Below are positions 9,961-20,664 of a stretch of 64,000 nucleotides of DNA, piece after piece. Within the stretch, counting starts at the first letter, position 1; each line of letters opens with the position of its first letter. Under the pieces are notes generated by a model. It made no database searches, was not told the origin of the DNA, and saw only the letters and a program-made list of their open reading frames with translations. Source of the DNA: an uncultured delta proteobacterium (GTDB lineage: Bacteria > Desulfobacterota > WTBG01 > CAIYCZ01); the NCBI GenBank assembly GCA_963803975.1, contig CAWDOY010000047.1:1-64000 (forward strand). The letters run 5' to 3'. The position numbers and the translations under genes are program-made.

Positions 9961-11213
9961 TATCTTGATTCTAGGTCAAGAACTTTTATTAAGAGGTCAG
10001 TAAGATCCTGCACTTCCAACCCGTCATCCATCTTACTCGCGGCATCCCCCAGGTTCTGTTCACAGAACGGGCATGCGGTTATAATTGACTGGGCCCCGGT
10101 CTTTTTCGCCTCCTGAAGCCGTTTCGTTGCGGTCTTCTGGGCAAAATCCATAAATGCGGTCCGCGCGCCGCCGCCGCCGCCGCAGCACCACGACTGGTCC
10201 TTGATGCGCTCCATCTCCACCAGCTCAATGCCGGGGATGGCCTGCAGAATCCTGCGCGGCTCATCATAAATCCCCAGGTGTCTCCCCAGATGACAGGGAT
10301 CGTGCCAGGTAACCCGCATGTTCAGCTCACCCTTCATCTTCAGCTTGCCGTCTTGAATCAGCTTGTCAATGTACTGGGACGAGTGATAGACTTTTGCTTT
10401 AAGCTTCTCTGCCTTGGGGATTTCTTTATAGTCATGGGTAATGGCCCGGAAGCATCCCGGGCAGAATGCCACGATCTCCTTCACGCCGCTCTTGTTTAAC
10501 ATCTCGATGTTGCGCCGCGCCAGATCCATAAACGTTTCCCGGTCACCAATCCGCGCTACCGGGCTGCCGCAGCATATTTCATCTTTGCCGAGCATGCCAA
10601 GGTCAACGCCTGCCTTGAGCAGTATCCTGGCGGTATTCTGCGCGACGTGCCACTGCGTGTTGTCAAAAGCAGAGGTGCACCCCACAAAAAACAGTGTCTC
10701 TGCTTTCTCTTTGCTCACATCTTTAATGCCGAGCTTGCGTGCCCACCGGTCACGCTGGGTGCGCGGCTGCATCCACGGATTGTCATAGTTCTTCACGCTC
10801 TTGATAAGGTTCTTGTGCTCCGGCATGGGGCCGATCCCATCCTGAACAAAAAGCGCCCGCAGCACCTCATTCACCTGCAGCGGTTCCTTATCCTGCAGTC
10901 GCTGACAGTTCATTTCGCACGCGCCGCAGGTGGTGCAGGTATATAAAAACTTTACCACTTCCGGCGCGTCCTCATAATCAAAGTCGCCCTCAAGCAAAGC
11001 CCGCGCTATGTGCATTTTCCCCATGCCTGAGTAGGGGAAAATCCTGTATTCATGGAATGCCGGGCAGATTTCAGAAAACTCGGCACTTTTTATGTTCCAT
11101 CCCCACTGGTTCTGGCAGTGGTTGCACCGGGCACACCCCCAGATCGAATCCCGGTAGTCTTCCAGCGTCTTTTCAAAAAACTTTTTTTCTGGTTTCTTTT
11201 CATAATAGGTCAT
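9960..11213 (-). CDS. Fe-S oxidoreductase with CCG domains (GlcF/HdrD-like)
   Basis: CARCNHC and CTTCGACEMNC, FFVGC, EICCG, HDPCHLGR, WCCGGGGG, TACPFC. A GGAGG RBS supports the ATG at 11213. Confidence 0.9.
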   Translation of the reverse strand: MTYYEKKPEKKFFEKTLEDYRDSIWGCARCNHCQNQWGWNIKSAEFSEICPAFHEYRIFPYSGMGKMHIARALLEGDFDYEDAPEVVKFLYTCTTCGACEMNCQRLQDKEPLQVNEVLRALFVQDGIGPMPEHKNLIKSVKNYDNPWMQPRTQRDRWARKLGIKDVSKEKAETLFFVGCTSAFDNTQWHVAQNTARILLKAGVDLGMLGKDEICCGSPVARIGDRETFMDLARRNIEMLNKSGVKEIVAFCPGCFRAITHDYKEIPKAEKLKAKVYHSSQYIDKLIQDGKLKMKGELNMRVTWHDPCHLGRHLGIYDEPRRILQAIPGIELVEMERIKDQSWCCGGGGGARTAFMDFAQKTATKRLQEAKKTGAQSIITACPFCEQNLGDAASKMDDGLEVQDLTDLLIKVLDLESR

Positions 11214-11239
11214 GGATATATTCCTCCCTGTCTGTTGTC

Positions 11240-12700
11240 TTAAAAGCAGAGCTGTCCCGGATTGCAGATATTGTTTGGGTCGATCTCCCGTTTTATCTCT
11301 TTTAGTTTTTGCGTGTAGGTTCCAGCACGGCTGTACACCAGATCTGCCCATATCCCATAGGGCCGGTCAAAAAAGGCGCCGCCCTCATCAATGAACCTCC
11401 TGCTCACTTCCTGCCAGAGGTTCTTTACCCGCTCCACATCATTCCGGTTATTCGGATCACAATGGAAATCAGCTTCACAATGGCAGGCGCGCCCCCGTTC
11501 AATCGGCAGGACGTACACGCCAATGTCCTGCAGGGGATAGTTAGATTCGTTTATAAATTCCATAACGATTTTTTGAAACACCGGAACCTTATTAAGCGGG
11601 GCCTTAAATGAGACATCATGGACCGAGCCGCGGTAACAGAACTTTTTCAATATTCCCCAGGGACGCAGCATTTCACCCAGCAGCATACTCTCGAACTGCC
11701 CGCCGTTATAACTCTGCAAATGCGCCAGCGAAGCGATGGTTTTGAGCGCCTCTTCTTCATACGCTATTTTACCCTCCGGCATCCTGGGGCCGCCATTTAA
11801 ACAGAGGACCATCAGCCAATCAGGAAGTTTTTGCCGAAGAGCATCAAATTCCCCTGATTTAATCATCGGTGCTGGAAATTGTTCAGGTACTGTCCAATCT
11901 TTGCAAAGCAAAGCAGCCAGATTAAAGTTGTTGATCACAAAACATTCATGCCCTATCTCTTTTCTCTGTATCAATCTGAGAGGTTCTATTGCCTCCGGGA
12001 AGGAATCAAACTGGTAAAGCATAATTTTTCTTTTGGCCGGCAGATACTCCACTTTGATATTCATCTTCGTCATAATACCCAGCGTCCCCTGCGCTCCGGT
12101 CCACAGCCGGTTAACCATAGCTCGAATCGGACCCATCGGTGAGCCGGGGGTATTACCTGAAGCCCACAAACCAGTCCTGAAGAGTTCACCGGTAGGCAGA
12201 ACCAGTTCCGTGTCCATAATGAGCTCGTTGCCGTATTCAAAGCTTGCCGCAGCAACTGCCGGATCACGTTCCAGATAGCTTGTCAGCGCCGAACGCTGCG
12301 GAGGTACCCCAAACGGGAGCATTGCCCGCAGCTGATGCTTCCCCAGCTCATCCTGCAGCTGACTTACCGTTACCCCTGGTTCAATCACGCAAGACCAGTT
12401 CTCGGTATCCACCTGTAATATCTTATTCATCCGGGAAAGATTAAGAACGATACCCCCTTGCCGGGGAATCGTACCTCCATGCAAGTTAAGCCCCGAGCTA
12501 TAGGGGGTAACCGGAGTGAGTGTCTTGTTCGCATAGTGCATCACTTTCTGCACCTGCTCTACCGTCTCCGCGAACACAACCAGATCAGGCCGGCGGGGAT
12601 TCACAAAACTCTGATCACGCGAATAGGAAATAAGGGTTTCCTCATCATCAAAAACAGATTCTTTGCCTACAATGTTTATCAAATCGTCCTTTAAAGCCAT
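11240..12700 (-). CDS. FAD-binding oxidoreductase (GlcD-like)
   Basis: PDLVVFAETVEQV, GGIVLNLSRMNKIL, IEPGVT, GAQGTLGIMTK, IKREIDPNNICNPG. Confidence 0.9.
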   Translation of the reverse strand: MALKDDLINIVGKESVFDDEETLISYSRDQSFVNPRRPDLVVFAETVEQVQKVMHYANKTLTPVTPYSSGLNLHGGTIPRQGGIVLNLSRMNKILQVDTENWSCVIEPGVTVSQLQDELGKHQLRAMLPFGVPPQRSALTSYLERDPAVAAASFEYGNELIMDTELVLPTGELFRTGLWASGNTPGSPMGPIRAMVNRLWTGAQGTLGIMTKMNIKVEYLPAKRKIMLYQFDSFPEAIEPLRLIQRKEIGHECFVINNFNLAALLCKDWTVPEQFPAPMIKSGEFDALRQKLPDWLMVLCLNGGPRMPEGKIAYEEEALKTIASLAHLQSYNGGQFESMLLGEMLRPWGILKKFCYRGSVHDVSFKAPLNKVPVFQKIVMEFINESNYPLQDIGVYVLPIERGRACHCEADFHCDPNNRNDVERVKNLWQEVSRRFIDEGGAFFDRPYGIWADLVYSRAGTYTQKLKEIKREIDPNNICNPGQLCF

Positions 12701-12736
12701 AACATCCTCCCCCGGATCTGTAGTAGCGGGTTTTTT

Positions 12737-12800
12737 AATATGACCGCGGTCATATTTTAATGACCGTGGTCATATTATAGCGCCGCTCTGTTCATGTCAA
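12737..12800 (-). promoter_or_regulatory. Sigma70-type promoter with two tandem palindromic operators (TetR-type)
   Basis: Perfect 20-bp palindrome AATATGACCGCGGTCATATT at 12737-12756 and ATGACCGTGGTCAT at 12760-12773. Minus-strand TTGACA at 12800-12795, with TATAAT/TAATAT 15-17 nt downstream. Confidence 0.75.
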
Positions 12801-12989
12801 GTTATTTTTTTATTAAAACTTTTCCCAAAATTTAGGCATAGCAAACCAACCAACAACCTGACCGCAGGGAAAGGATAGGATAGAGCAGCGAAGCGCGAGC
12901 GCAGGATACAATTGCAGGGCCAGCAGTTTAGAAACCGGGTACTGAGGATTTACAGTGAGGTCTAAAAAGTGAGGGTGCTGCCGTTATTT

Positions 12990-13577
12990 TTATTTTTTAC
13001 CGACACCATTGATAACCAGGCTTATGACTTCGTTAATCCGTTCAACACATTGCTTTTTAGTTTTTATAAATCCGTTAGCCCAGTATATTACATACATGGT
13101 ATAGAAGCCGAATATCATTTCTGCCAAACACCGCGAATCGATGTCCTGTCGAATTTCATTCCTTTGTTTTGCCCGATCAATTAATTCTGTCACCAGCTGC
13201 ATCAGAACGAGCTCATTCTTATTCTTTCCCGTGCCTATTTTACTAATCCGCTCTTTCATAAGAACTTTGGTAAATTCTTTATTGGGGAATATATGTTTAA
13301 TATAGGAGGGAATCACCAGTCCCAGCTCCTCAGCAATAGTTTTTGCTGAGCCTAAGTTGCGCTCAATCTCGTCGCCGCTTTTTGAAATTTCTTTGTCAAG
13401 AAAGTAGAGCAGTACGTCCTCTTTTTTATCAAAAAAATTATAGAACGTCCCCTTCGCAATTTTTGCTTTGCGGGCAATGCTTTCCACATTGGTCATTTCA
13501 AAGCCTTTTTTCGTGAAAAGCTCTATTGCTGCTTTCAGAATATGCTCACGCTTGTTTTGTTTTATTGACTCACGCAT
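12990..13577 (-). CDS. TetR/AcrR family transcriptional regulator
   Basis: ILKAAIELFTKKGFEMTNVESIARKAKIAKGTFYNFFDKKEDVL HTH. A GGAGG RBS supports the ATG at 13577. Confidence 0.92.
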   Translation of the reverse strand: MRESIKQNKREHILKAAIELFTKKGFEMTNVESIARKAKIAKGTFYNFFDKKEDVLLYFLDKEISKSGDEIERNLGSAKTIAEELGLVIPSYIKHIFPNKEFTKVLMKERISKIGTGKNKNELVLMQLVTELIDRAKQRNEIRQDIDSRCLAEMIFGFYTMYVIYWANGFIKTKKQCVERINEVISLVINGVGKK

Positions 13578-13654
13578 GCCCTGTATAGCCCTCCCTGCTG
13601 TCTGTTTTTTCAATTGCACTATGGTAAAACGCGCACCGTTTGTATGCTTACGCA

Positions 13655-14497
13655 TTACCGGCTGGTATCATCATCGTAGGTAATTTTTATAATAACGCCG
13701 TCAAGAAGCAGATCCCTGTTCCTGGTATTCATGGAAACAAGATAACTATGCTCCTGAATGAATGGTACAAGATGCGGCAGGCAATAGGCAATAAAATTTT
13801 CTTTGAGGATACTGTTTTTAAAAACCGGTTTCCGGTATCCGAGAAGCTTTTTGCTCTCTGCGCAGGTTGAACGGTACATGGGGAGTTGTTTCATACCCAT
13901 GTAAATGGGGCAGAATATCAAGCGCATCTTTGGCAATGGTTCCCAGAAATTTGGTGGATTTCCGTTCATAAAAGCGCGCGCTCCCCACCTCTTTCACAAA
14001 GCTGCGGCCATGCTGGTCAATTCTGATTTTTTTGTAATTGGTGCCATAGCCGGGAAGAGCGCGGGGCAGATTTTTTTGCAGGGCAAGATCATAGAGACCG
14101 ATCGTTACGGATGTTAACGAGGCTATTGACGTGTGGAGATCATTGCAGCCCAGCCCGCTAAGAATGTAATCATAGTACTTCACCGCTGTCTGGTGATATG
14201 CTCTCTGCTGCTGTTCCAGCTGCGCGGCAAGCTCCGTGCCCGGCCCCGGGTAGTTCGGTAGAGCCGCTGAACATAGCGCTCTTTATGCGCGGCAAATTGT
14301 TCCTGGTCCTTCCGGTAATCCAGCATCTCAAAGGCAAGGTTTACTTCAATGGCTTTTTTATGCGAGCCGCCGCGGTCAGGATGATAAATGGTCTGCAAAG
14401 CCCGGTAGGCTGATCTGACCAGCACAAACAGGTCCTCATCGCTTAACCTGCTGCATATTTCCGGAGCAATGCCCAGTAGCGCAAACGGATTTTTCAT
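13655..14497 (-). CDS. J-domain-containing protein, split by two apparent frameshifts
   Basis: [10 protein letters not shown]...[15 protein letters not shown]...EVNLAFEML. ORFs 14180..14497, 13818..14183 and 13655..13969 overlap consecutively, and the start overlaps the queC stop. Confidence 0.6.
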
Positions 14498-15186
14498 ACA
14501 GAGCCATATGGTATGGGGTCGCGCGCGCCTGCTTCCCGGAACCCCTTGAGGCGCAGCAGGCAGCTGTCACAGCGGCCGCAGGCCTTACCGTCAGGGCCGG
14601 GGTCGTAACAGGAGTGGGTCAGCGAATAATCAATGCCGAGCTCAATGCCGCGCCGGATAATCTCGGCCTTGGTGAGAGTGCAGAAGCGGTGCGTGAATGA
14701 TTATCTTTCCCGCGCCTTCCACCGCAGCCTTGAGCGCAAGATTTGCCATGCGTTCAAACGCCGCAATATACTCCGGCCTGCAGTCCGGATACCCGCTGTA
14801 ATCAAGGGCGTTCACGCCGATAAAAATATCAAACACCCCCAGCACCTCAGCCCATGCAAGGGCGCATGACAGGAAGATGGTGTTTCGCGCCGGAACATAG
14901 GTGATCGGTATTGATTGCGACATGCGCCGCAGCACTCCGGTCTTTGGGCACAGCAAGTGTATCGGTGAGTGCCGAGCCGCCTATCGCCTTCAAATCTATA
15001 TCAAGGACAAGGTGTTTCTTTGCCCCCAAGCGCTGTAGCTGCGGCCCGCGCTTTTTCCAGTTCGACGGCATGCCGCTGGCCATAATTGAAACTCAGTGCA
15101 TATACCCCGTAACCTTCGGCACGCGCGATGGCCATGGTGGTAACCGAATCAATGCCGCCGCTGAGCAGCACTACTGCTTCTTTCAT
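14494..15186 (-). CDS. queC: 7-cyano-7-deazaguanine synthase QueC (frameshifted)
   Basis: [41 protein letters not shown] and THSCY...[15 protein letters not shown], spread across successive frames. Confidence 0.92.
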
Positions 15187-15417
15187 GATAGGACCTGATT
15201 ATCAATGGAATAGATATGTGACACGTTCAGATGCTGATTGCTTCACCGGGAGCGTATTATAACAGAATTCATCTGCAACGTCACAAAAAAGGCTGAATTG
15301 CGGCCGTTATGGCTGGCAAGATTTTATCGGGTGAGGGTATGATAAATTTATTTTAAAGGACGGCAGATTCAAAACGAAGCGTACAGAAACAGGCGCCGCA
15401 CTGCAGGTTCAGGAAAT

Positions 15418-16170
15418 TCATTGGCTGAGCCGGTCCATCTCCTCTTCAGGAATATCAAAGTTGGCATACACTTTTTGTGTATCATCCAGATCTTCCAGCG
15501 CCTCCATAAGCCTCAGCACCTGTTCCGCTTCTTTGCCGACTACCTTGATGGTGTTCTGCGGAACCATGCTCACTTCGGCCATAACACAGGGAGGAAGGCC
15601 GCTGGCATCGAGCTTTTCTTTCACTTTAAAGAAATCCTTCGGATCGGTCGTTACTTCAAGCACGGAGCCCTCATCACGGACATCATCAGCGCCCGCATCC
15701 AGTGCCACTTCCATCAGTTTCTCTTCCTCTACAGCGCCCTGGTCATACTGGATCACGCCTTTTTTCTGGAACATCCACGCGACGCATCCTGCCTCACCCA
15801 TATTGCCATTGTGTTTGGTGAAAGCATGCCGCAGTTCCGCGGTAGCCCTGTTCTTATTATCGGTCATTACTTCTACCATAATCGCTACGCCACCAGGGCC
15901 ATAGCCTTCATAGGTATATTCTTCAATGGTAAACCCTTCAAGCTCGCCGGTGCCCTTCTTTATTGCCCGGTCAATGTTATCCTTGGGCATGTTATCAGCT
16001 TTGGCAGCTAAAACAGCCGTCCGGAGACGGGGATTCCCATTCTGGTCGCCCCCGCCGATACGCGCGGCAATGGTTATTTCTTTAATAAGCCGGGTAAAAA
16101 TTCTTCCCCGTTTTGCATCGATGGCGCCCTTTTTCCGCTTGATAGTGCTCCACTTAGAATGGCCTGACAT
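15418..16170 (-). CDS. yebC: YebC/PmpR family protein
   Basis: [42 protein letters not shown]. Confidence 0.96.
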   Translation of the reverse strand: MSGHSKWSTIKRKKGAIDAKRGRIFTRLIKEITIAARIGGGDQNGNPRLRTAVLAAKADNMPKDNIDRAIKKGTGELEGFTIEEYTYEGYGPGGVAIMVEVMTDNKNRATAELRHAFTKHNGNMGEAGCVAWMFQKKGVIQYDQGAVEEEKLMEVALDAGADDVRDEGSVLEVTTDPKDFFKVKEKLDASGLPPCVMAEVSMVPQNTIKVVGKEAEQVLRLMEALEDLDDTQKVYANFDIPEEEMDRLSQ

Positions 16171-16405
16171 TATATCTCTCCAATATGATAGATTTGTATA
16201 AGCGAAGGTTTAAGATGAGTAAGTATATGGAAATTCTGCTGATGTGTCAATAAGTTTGGAAGAGTAAGCTGGAAATAAATTGAATATCTTTAGTAATCTT
16301 GATAATTATAAAGATGCTGATGAATTCAATCCTTGACACTCACATATACCTGCCATATATTTCCAACGGTACAGTGCCATTAAGATCAACTGAAGGTTTT
16401 TGAAA

Positions 16406-16712
16406 ATGGACGAGAAAGATTTAACGGCAATTGAAGAGATAATGAAGCATCAGATGGGTATTTTGGTTGAGGATTTCAATCATAAACTTGATTTGGTTGT
16501 TGAAGGACATCAGATCCTTATTGAGAAAATTGATGCGACCAGAACCGAGTTAAAACAAGATATTAAGAATCTTGACCAGCGCTTGATGATGACTGAAGCC
16601 AGACTGGATAAAAATAATCTGTACCGTGGCGGTAAATGAGCTGAGCAAAGACCTTTCAGACCATCGCGCTGATACAGAACGTCATGCGGAATACAAAGTA
16701 AGCGAAAAATAG
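16406..16712 (+). CDS. Conserved hypothetical coiled-coil protein (one frameshift near 16610-16620)
   Basis: ORF 16400..16639 (HQMGILVEDFNHKLDLVVEGHQIL) continues in another frame as DLSDHRADTERHAEYKVSEK*. Confidence 0.5.
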
Positions 16713-16778
16713 ATTGTTCAGCACCATCCTTTAAAGTGGTTGCCCAATTATGCTTCGTGTAGCCTCTCTGCTCTGCAT

Positions 16779-17465
16779 CTACCCTTCCCCCAATGCAGCA
16801 ACTGGCAGCGGACCGCTGGTGTAGCGGGTCTTGCCGCGTTTATTCCACACATGTATCCCGCCGCTGCCCACCACCTCGTACTGCTCTCCGCATTGCACTA
16901 AGACCGTCTTGCCCTCTATGCCGAGCATGGTAAGATCGTTTCTGGTCAAAAGGTGCAGCGGTTTGACAATGCTTTCCGGTATCTCATCGAAATGGGGGAT
17001 CACGGTCACGCCCGGCAGAAAATTAAAGCCGGGCTTCCAGCCGGGGAACCCGTAAAACTTTTCGCCCAGTATCATTGCTCCGGCGCTGCACCCGGCCAGT
17101 ATTCCGCCATCCGCTAAAACCGCCAGAATCGCTTCCCAGGCTAAACTGCCTTCCAAAGTGTTATACAAATAGTCCGGCTTACCGCCGGATAAATAGACAA
17201 AATTAGCCGCGGCAATTGCATCAGCCAGGAGAGCGTTATTGGCGCTCTCCCGGTCAATCACAGGCAAAGATTCTACCCTGGCCTCCAGGCGGGTAAAATG
17301 TTCGACGCCCAGACGTGCCCAGTAGGCAATGCGCTCGCTGCCTTCCCTGCCGGCGGCAGTCGGCAGGCAGACCACGCGGGGCGGTCTGCCGAGTTGGCCT
17401 ATAAGATAGCGATCCACCGGCTCCATTGCCGGAAGATATTCACCGCTGCCTGCAAGAGTAATCAT
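16779..17465 (-). CDS. Peptidase S51 / type 1 glutamine amidotransferase-like (peptidase E/cyanophycinase family)
   Basis: LAGSGE, CLPTAAG, YLSGG, nucleophile motif AGCSAGAM, VIPHFD, LGIE. Confidence 0.85.
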   Translation of the reverse strand: MITLAGSGEYLPAMEPVDRYLIGQLGRPPRVVCLPTAAGREGSERIAYWARLGVEHFTRLEARVESLPVIDRESANNALLADAIAAANFVYLSGGKPDYLYNTLEGSLAWEAILAVLADGGILAGCSAGAMILGEKFYGFPGWKPGFNFLPGVTVIPHFDEIPESIVKPLHLLTRNDLTMLGIEGKTVLVQCGEQYEVVGSGGIHVWNKRGKTRYTSGPLPVAALGEG

Positions 17466-17660
17466 AACCCGCCTGACCCGGACAAGCCGAAACCAAAGTT
17501 AACCGCAAAGACTATAAAAGAAACAAAGAAGATTGAATTTGGAACTCGATTCGACTGAGCTCATCGCAGGCGAACTCGACTAAAGGTTAAAAACAAAAAT
17601 TTCCTGATTTTTTGAGTTCCAGATGCATAATCATCTTTTCATTTCTGACTTTTTCCCCTG

Positions 17661-18996
17661 TTACGCTTTGCCGATATCTATCAGCGCGCAGTTGCCGGAT
17701 GATTTTTCGATTTCCTGTTTCAGCACATTCATGCGGCTGGTAATTGCTTCAAGCTCAGGGGATTGCAGCAAGGGAAGGGTATCTAAGCCGTGCTGCTTCA
17801 GCGCTTCCGTAACAGAAGCGATGGTCAGCAGATTAACATTTTTAGCCGGCTGATAGGCTATGGTTTTATCGGCAGCTCCTATAAGCTCGCTGATAATGCC
17901 ACATGCGGCAAGATTATCAAGAATCTGCTGGACAAGCCGCACCGGCGTTTCCAGCCGCGCCACGATATCATTAGTGTTCATGGGCGGCCCGCCGCGCTGG
18001 AAATTCTGTGCCAGCATCTGTGTTATCCGCAGCGCCAGCAGCTCTCTAAACGAATAGCTTGCATGCAGGCAGTCCGGTTCAAATTCATAGCTTCTGGCAT
18101 GCTGGTGAGCAAATGACATCTCGGCCCCTAAGAGCACAATGAGCCAGCTCATCTGCAGCCAGATCAAAAACAGCGGCAGCGCGGCAAACCCGCCGTAAAT
18201 CGCATTATTGCTGGCAATGCCGACCTGGAACTTTATATAGGCCCACTGCGCCAGCTGATACAGGGTGCCGGCCACAATGCCGCCGACGAGCCCGGAGCTT
18301 ATGTTCACCTTTGTGTTGGGCATGAAAACATAGACAAAGGTAAACAGCAGCCAGATAAAAACATAGGGCAGCAGCTTGAGCCCGAAATGGATGACCGGAG
18401 CAGCCGTCTTTATAAGATCGAGCTTCCCGGCAGCGAGGGAAACTTTCCCTGCTATGGCGACATTCAGGCTCCCCGCGACTATAAGAAGAAGCGGACACAG
18501 CAGCATCGCCGAAAGATAGTCGCTGAATTTGCGGGCAAGGGTGCGTGATTTTTCTATGCCCCAGATTTCATTAAAGGATGCCTCAATATTTCCCAGCAGC
18601 TTTGATGACCGTCCAGAACAGCACGATTACGCCGATGCCGGCCACCAGCCCGCCTTTTGTGTTCTCCAGCAGCGAATGCGCAAAGTCGATAACCCGCCGG
18701 ATTACTTCTTCCTGGCCCTGAAGCTTTTCCAGGAGCTGCTGCTGCAGCTTGTCTTCAAACCCGAAACCCTTGGCGATGCCGAATGCGAGCGCCACCACCG
18801 GCACTATTGACATAAGCGTATAAAACGTGAGCGCTGAAGCTTTCAACGAACATTTGTTTTCATCAAAGCCGCGCAAAGCAAGCACCGCTACGCGCAAGGG
18901 CTTTATAATGAGAGATCGTGACAGGGTGAGGCTGTCGATGCGAATGCGCCAGATATCTGTAGTAATAAAACGAGTTAGACGAGCGATTGAATTCAT
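17661..18996 (-). CDS. yihY: YihY/BrkB family membrane protein with C-terminal wHTH (frameshifted near 18510-18600)
   Basis: ASALTFYTLMSIVP, then IYGGFAALPLFLIWLQMSWLIVLLGAE. Two collinear ORFs. Confidence 0.85.
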
Positions 18997-19084
18997 GTCG
19001 GCCCCTCCTGCGTGCTGCGTTTATGTTAGTAATATTGCTTACAGAAAAGAATATAGCGCATGCAGATATGATTAAGGTCTACAT

Positions 19085-19123
19085 ACATAAAAAGGCCTGC
19101 TATTGCAAGCAGGCCTTTATTAA
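19085..19123. repeat. Terminator-like hairpin; direct-repeat copy of the terminator following the 5S rRNA
   Basis: ACATAAAAAGGCCTGCTATTGCAAGCAGGCCTTTATTAA here versus ACATAAAAAAGGCCTGCTTTTGCAAGCAGGCCTTTTTTAA at 28914. Confidence 0.85.
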
Positions 19124-19230
19124 TAAATATCGCCTTGACAACTTTATCGTCCAATAATTTTAAGAGAGCGCTTGAATTAACTGATAGGAACGTGCTTCAC
19201 GTACGACCATGGCAGGGACAACTATTTTCT

Positions 19231-20613
19231 TCAATACGAGTTCACGCACTCGATTAGCCCGAGCCCGGTCATCTGCGCAATGCCGCACCAGTAAACCTTC
19301 CAGTTCGCATCGGTGATTGAATTCTTGGAATCGTTCCCGGAATAGTAATAGGTCCTGAAGAGCCCCTGCTTTGCTTCGTCAGCGGCAAGCGCCGGGTACA
19401 GCTCCGCCAGGGCATCATCCAGGGAAGCGTGCGCAAGCCCGCCAAAATACGCCGTCGAAAAAGTATAATACGGCTCGAACTGCGCGGGGCTGGAAGCAAG
19501 GTCGTAGTTCACCGATCTGTAATCAACAGGAGCATTGTTGAGCTTTGAAAGCGTAAAGACCTTGAAAGCGGGATTGTTGTCAAAGTATGGCGTTATGCCG
19601 GGCGTTATCTCCAGAAAGCCCTTCGCCTGCAGCGGAGTCCCGCCGAAGATGTTCCTGAACTCGTCCATGTGGGTATGTCCGGCAAGCATCACTCGTATGA
19701 TGTCTGAATAGCTGGAAAGTATCCGCAAAAGGCGCGCCTGATACCCGGGCTTCAGAATTCTTGAAGCGGAAAAAAGATGACCGCTGGAATTAAGCTTGCT
19801 CGCGGTCTCGCCCAGGTACATGCCCGGAGGCACATGCATGAGCAGCCACACATCCTTGCCGGAGCTCCTGGCTGCAGCAAGGCGTTCCTCGAGCCATGCG
19901 AGCTCGGCCTGCACCGCGCACTCTCTGCCGCCGAGCGCAAGCGTGGAAAGCGTGAACGTATTCAGCGCTATCACCATCATGTTCGTTCCAGGCGGCTGCG
20001 CCGAATAGTACCCTCCGGCCTTGTAGGTGCCGAGAAACTCCTGATGATCCGCAGTAGCGCCTATCCAGTTCGAATAAAAGATATCAGCCGTGTTCGAAAG
20101 AAATTTACTACCGGGTCCAAACCCGGTATATGAATCAGCGTTTCCGAGGACGAACATGACCGGGATGTCTCCGACGCAGGATTTTACCAGCTGCGTGAAA
20201 AAAGAGACCGTCTTGTCCGCAAAGGCCTCCATGGCCGCAATGTCCATGCGCCCATACAGTTTGAAGAACTGCTGGGCGAAATTGTGGCCAAGGACATCTC
20301 CGGTATAGATTACCAGAGGGCTTGACCCGAGGTTCTGCTGTATGCCTGAAAGCGCAAGCACCAGCAAGGGATAATTGGTGTCGGCGCCCCACGTCGAAGG
20401 CTCCGTTATGCTCGAGCGTGCAAATATTCCGGCCCACTGGCTCGCGTCCGAAGAAACCAGTGACTGAAACAGCGTTTCGTCATAGAACGGATTGAAGTGG
20501 ACATCCGAAAAGACCACCACGGGATAGGTGTCGCCTGTTTCGCCACTGCATTCGCATGTCAGGCAAACCACTGCCAGCGCCAGAAAAACGATACAGCGAA
20601 AGAACCTTAACAT
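19231..20613 (-). CDS. Secreted calcineurin-like metallophosphoesterase (acid sphingomyelinase-like)
   Basis: Signal/lipoprotein-like N-terminus; SDVH, TGDVLGH, LGNAD, MHVPP, AGHTHMDEF, NNPAF. Confidence 0.85.
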   Translation of the reverse strand: MLRFFRCIVFLALAVVCLTCECSGETGDTYPVVVFSDVHFNPFYDETLFQSLVSSDASQWAGIFARSSITEPSTWGADTNYPLLVLALSGIQQNLGSSPLVIYTGDVLGHNFAQQFFKLYGRMDIAAMEAFADKTVSFFTQLVKSCVGDIPVMFVLGNADSYTGFGPGSKFLSNTADIFYSNWIGATADHQEFLGTYKAGGYYSAQPPGTNMMVIALNTFTLSTLALGGRECAVQAELAWLEERLAAARSSGKDVWLLMHVPPGMYLGETASKLNSSGHLFSASRILKPGYQARLLRILSSYSDIIRVMLAGHTHMDEFRNIFGGTPLQAKGFLEITPGITPYFDNNPAFKVFTLSKLNNAPVDYRSVNYDLASSPAQFEPYYTFSTAYFGGLAHASLDDALAELYPALAADEAKQGLFRTYYYSGNDSKNSITDANWKVYWCGIAQMTGLGLIECVNSY

Positions 20614-20664
20614 AAAATTCTCCTTTTGTAAGAAAACCTATGTACCAATATGACGGACGATGTT

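Noticed and set aside
14494..15186. queC as part of a 7-deazaguanine DNA-modification or QatABCD defence system
   Set aside because: It is a canonical short queC in a housekeeping context next to yebC, with no dpd or qat partners.
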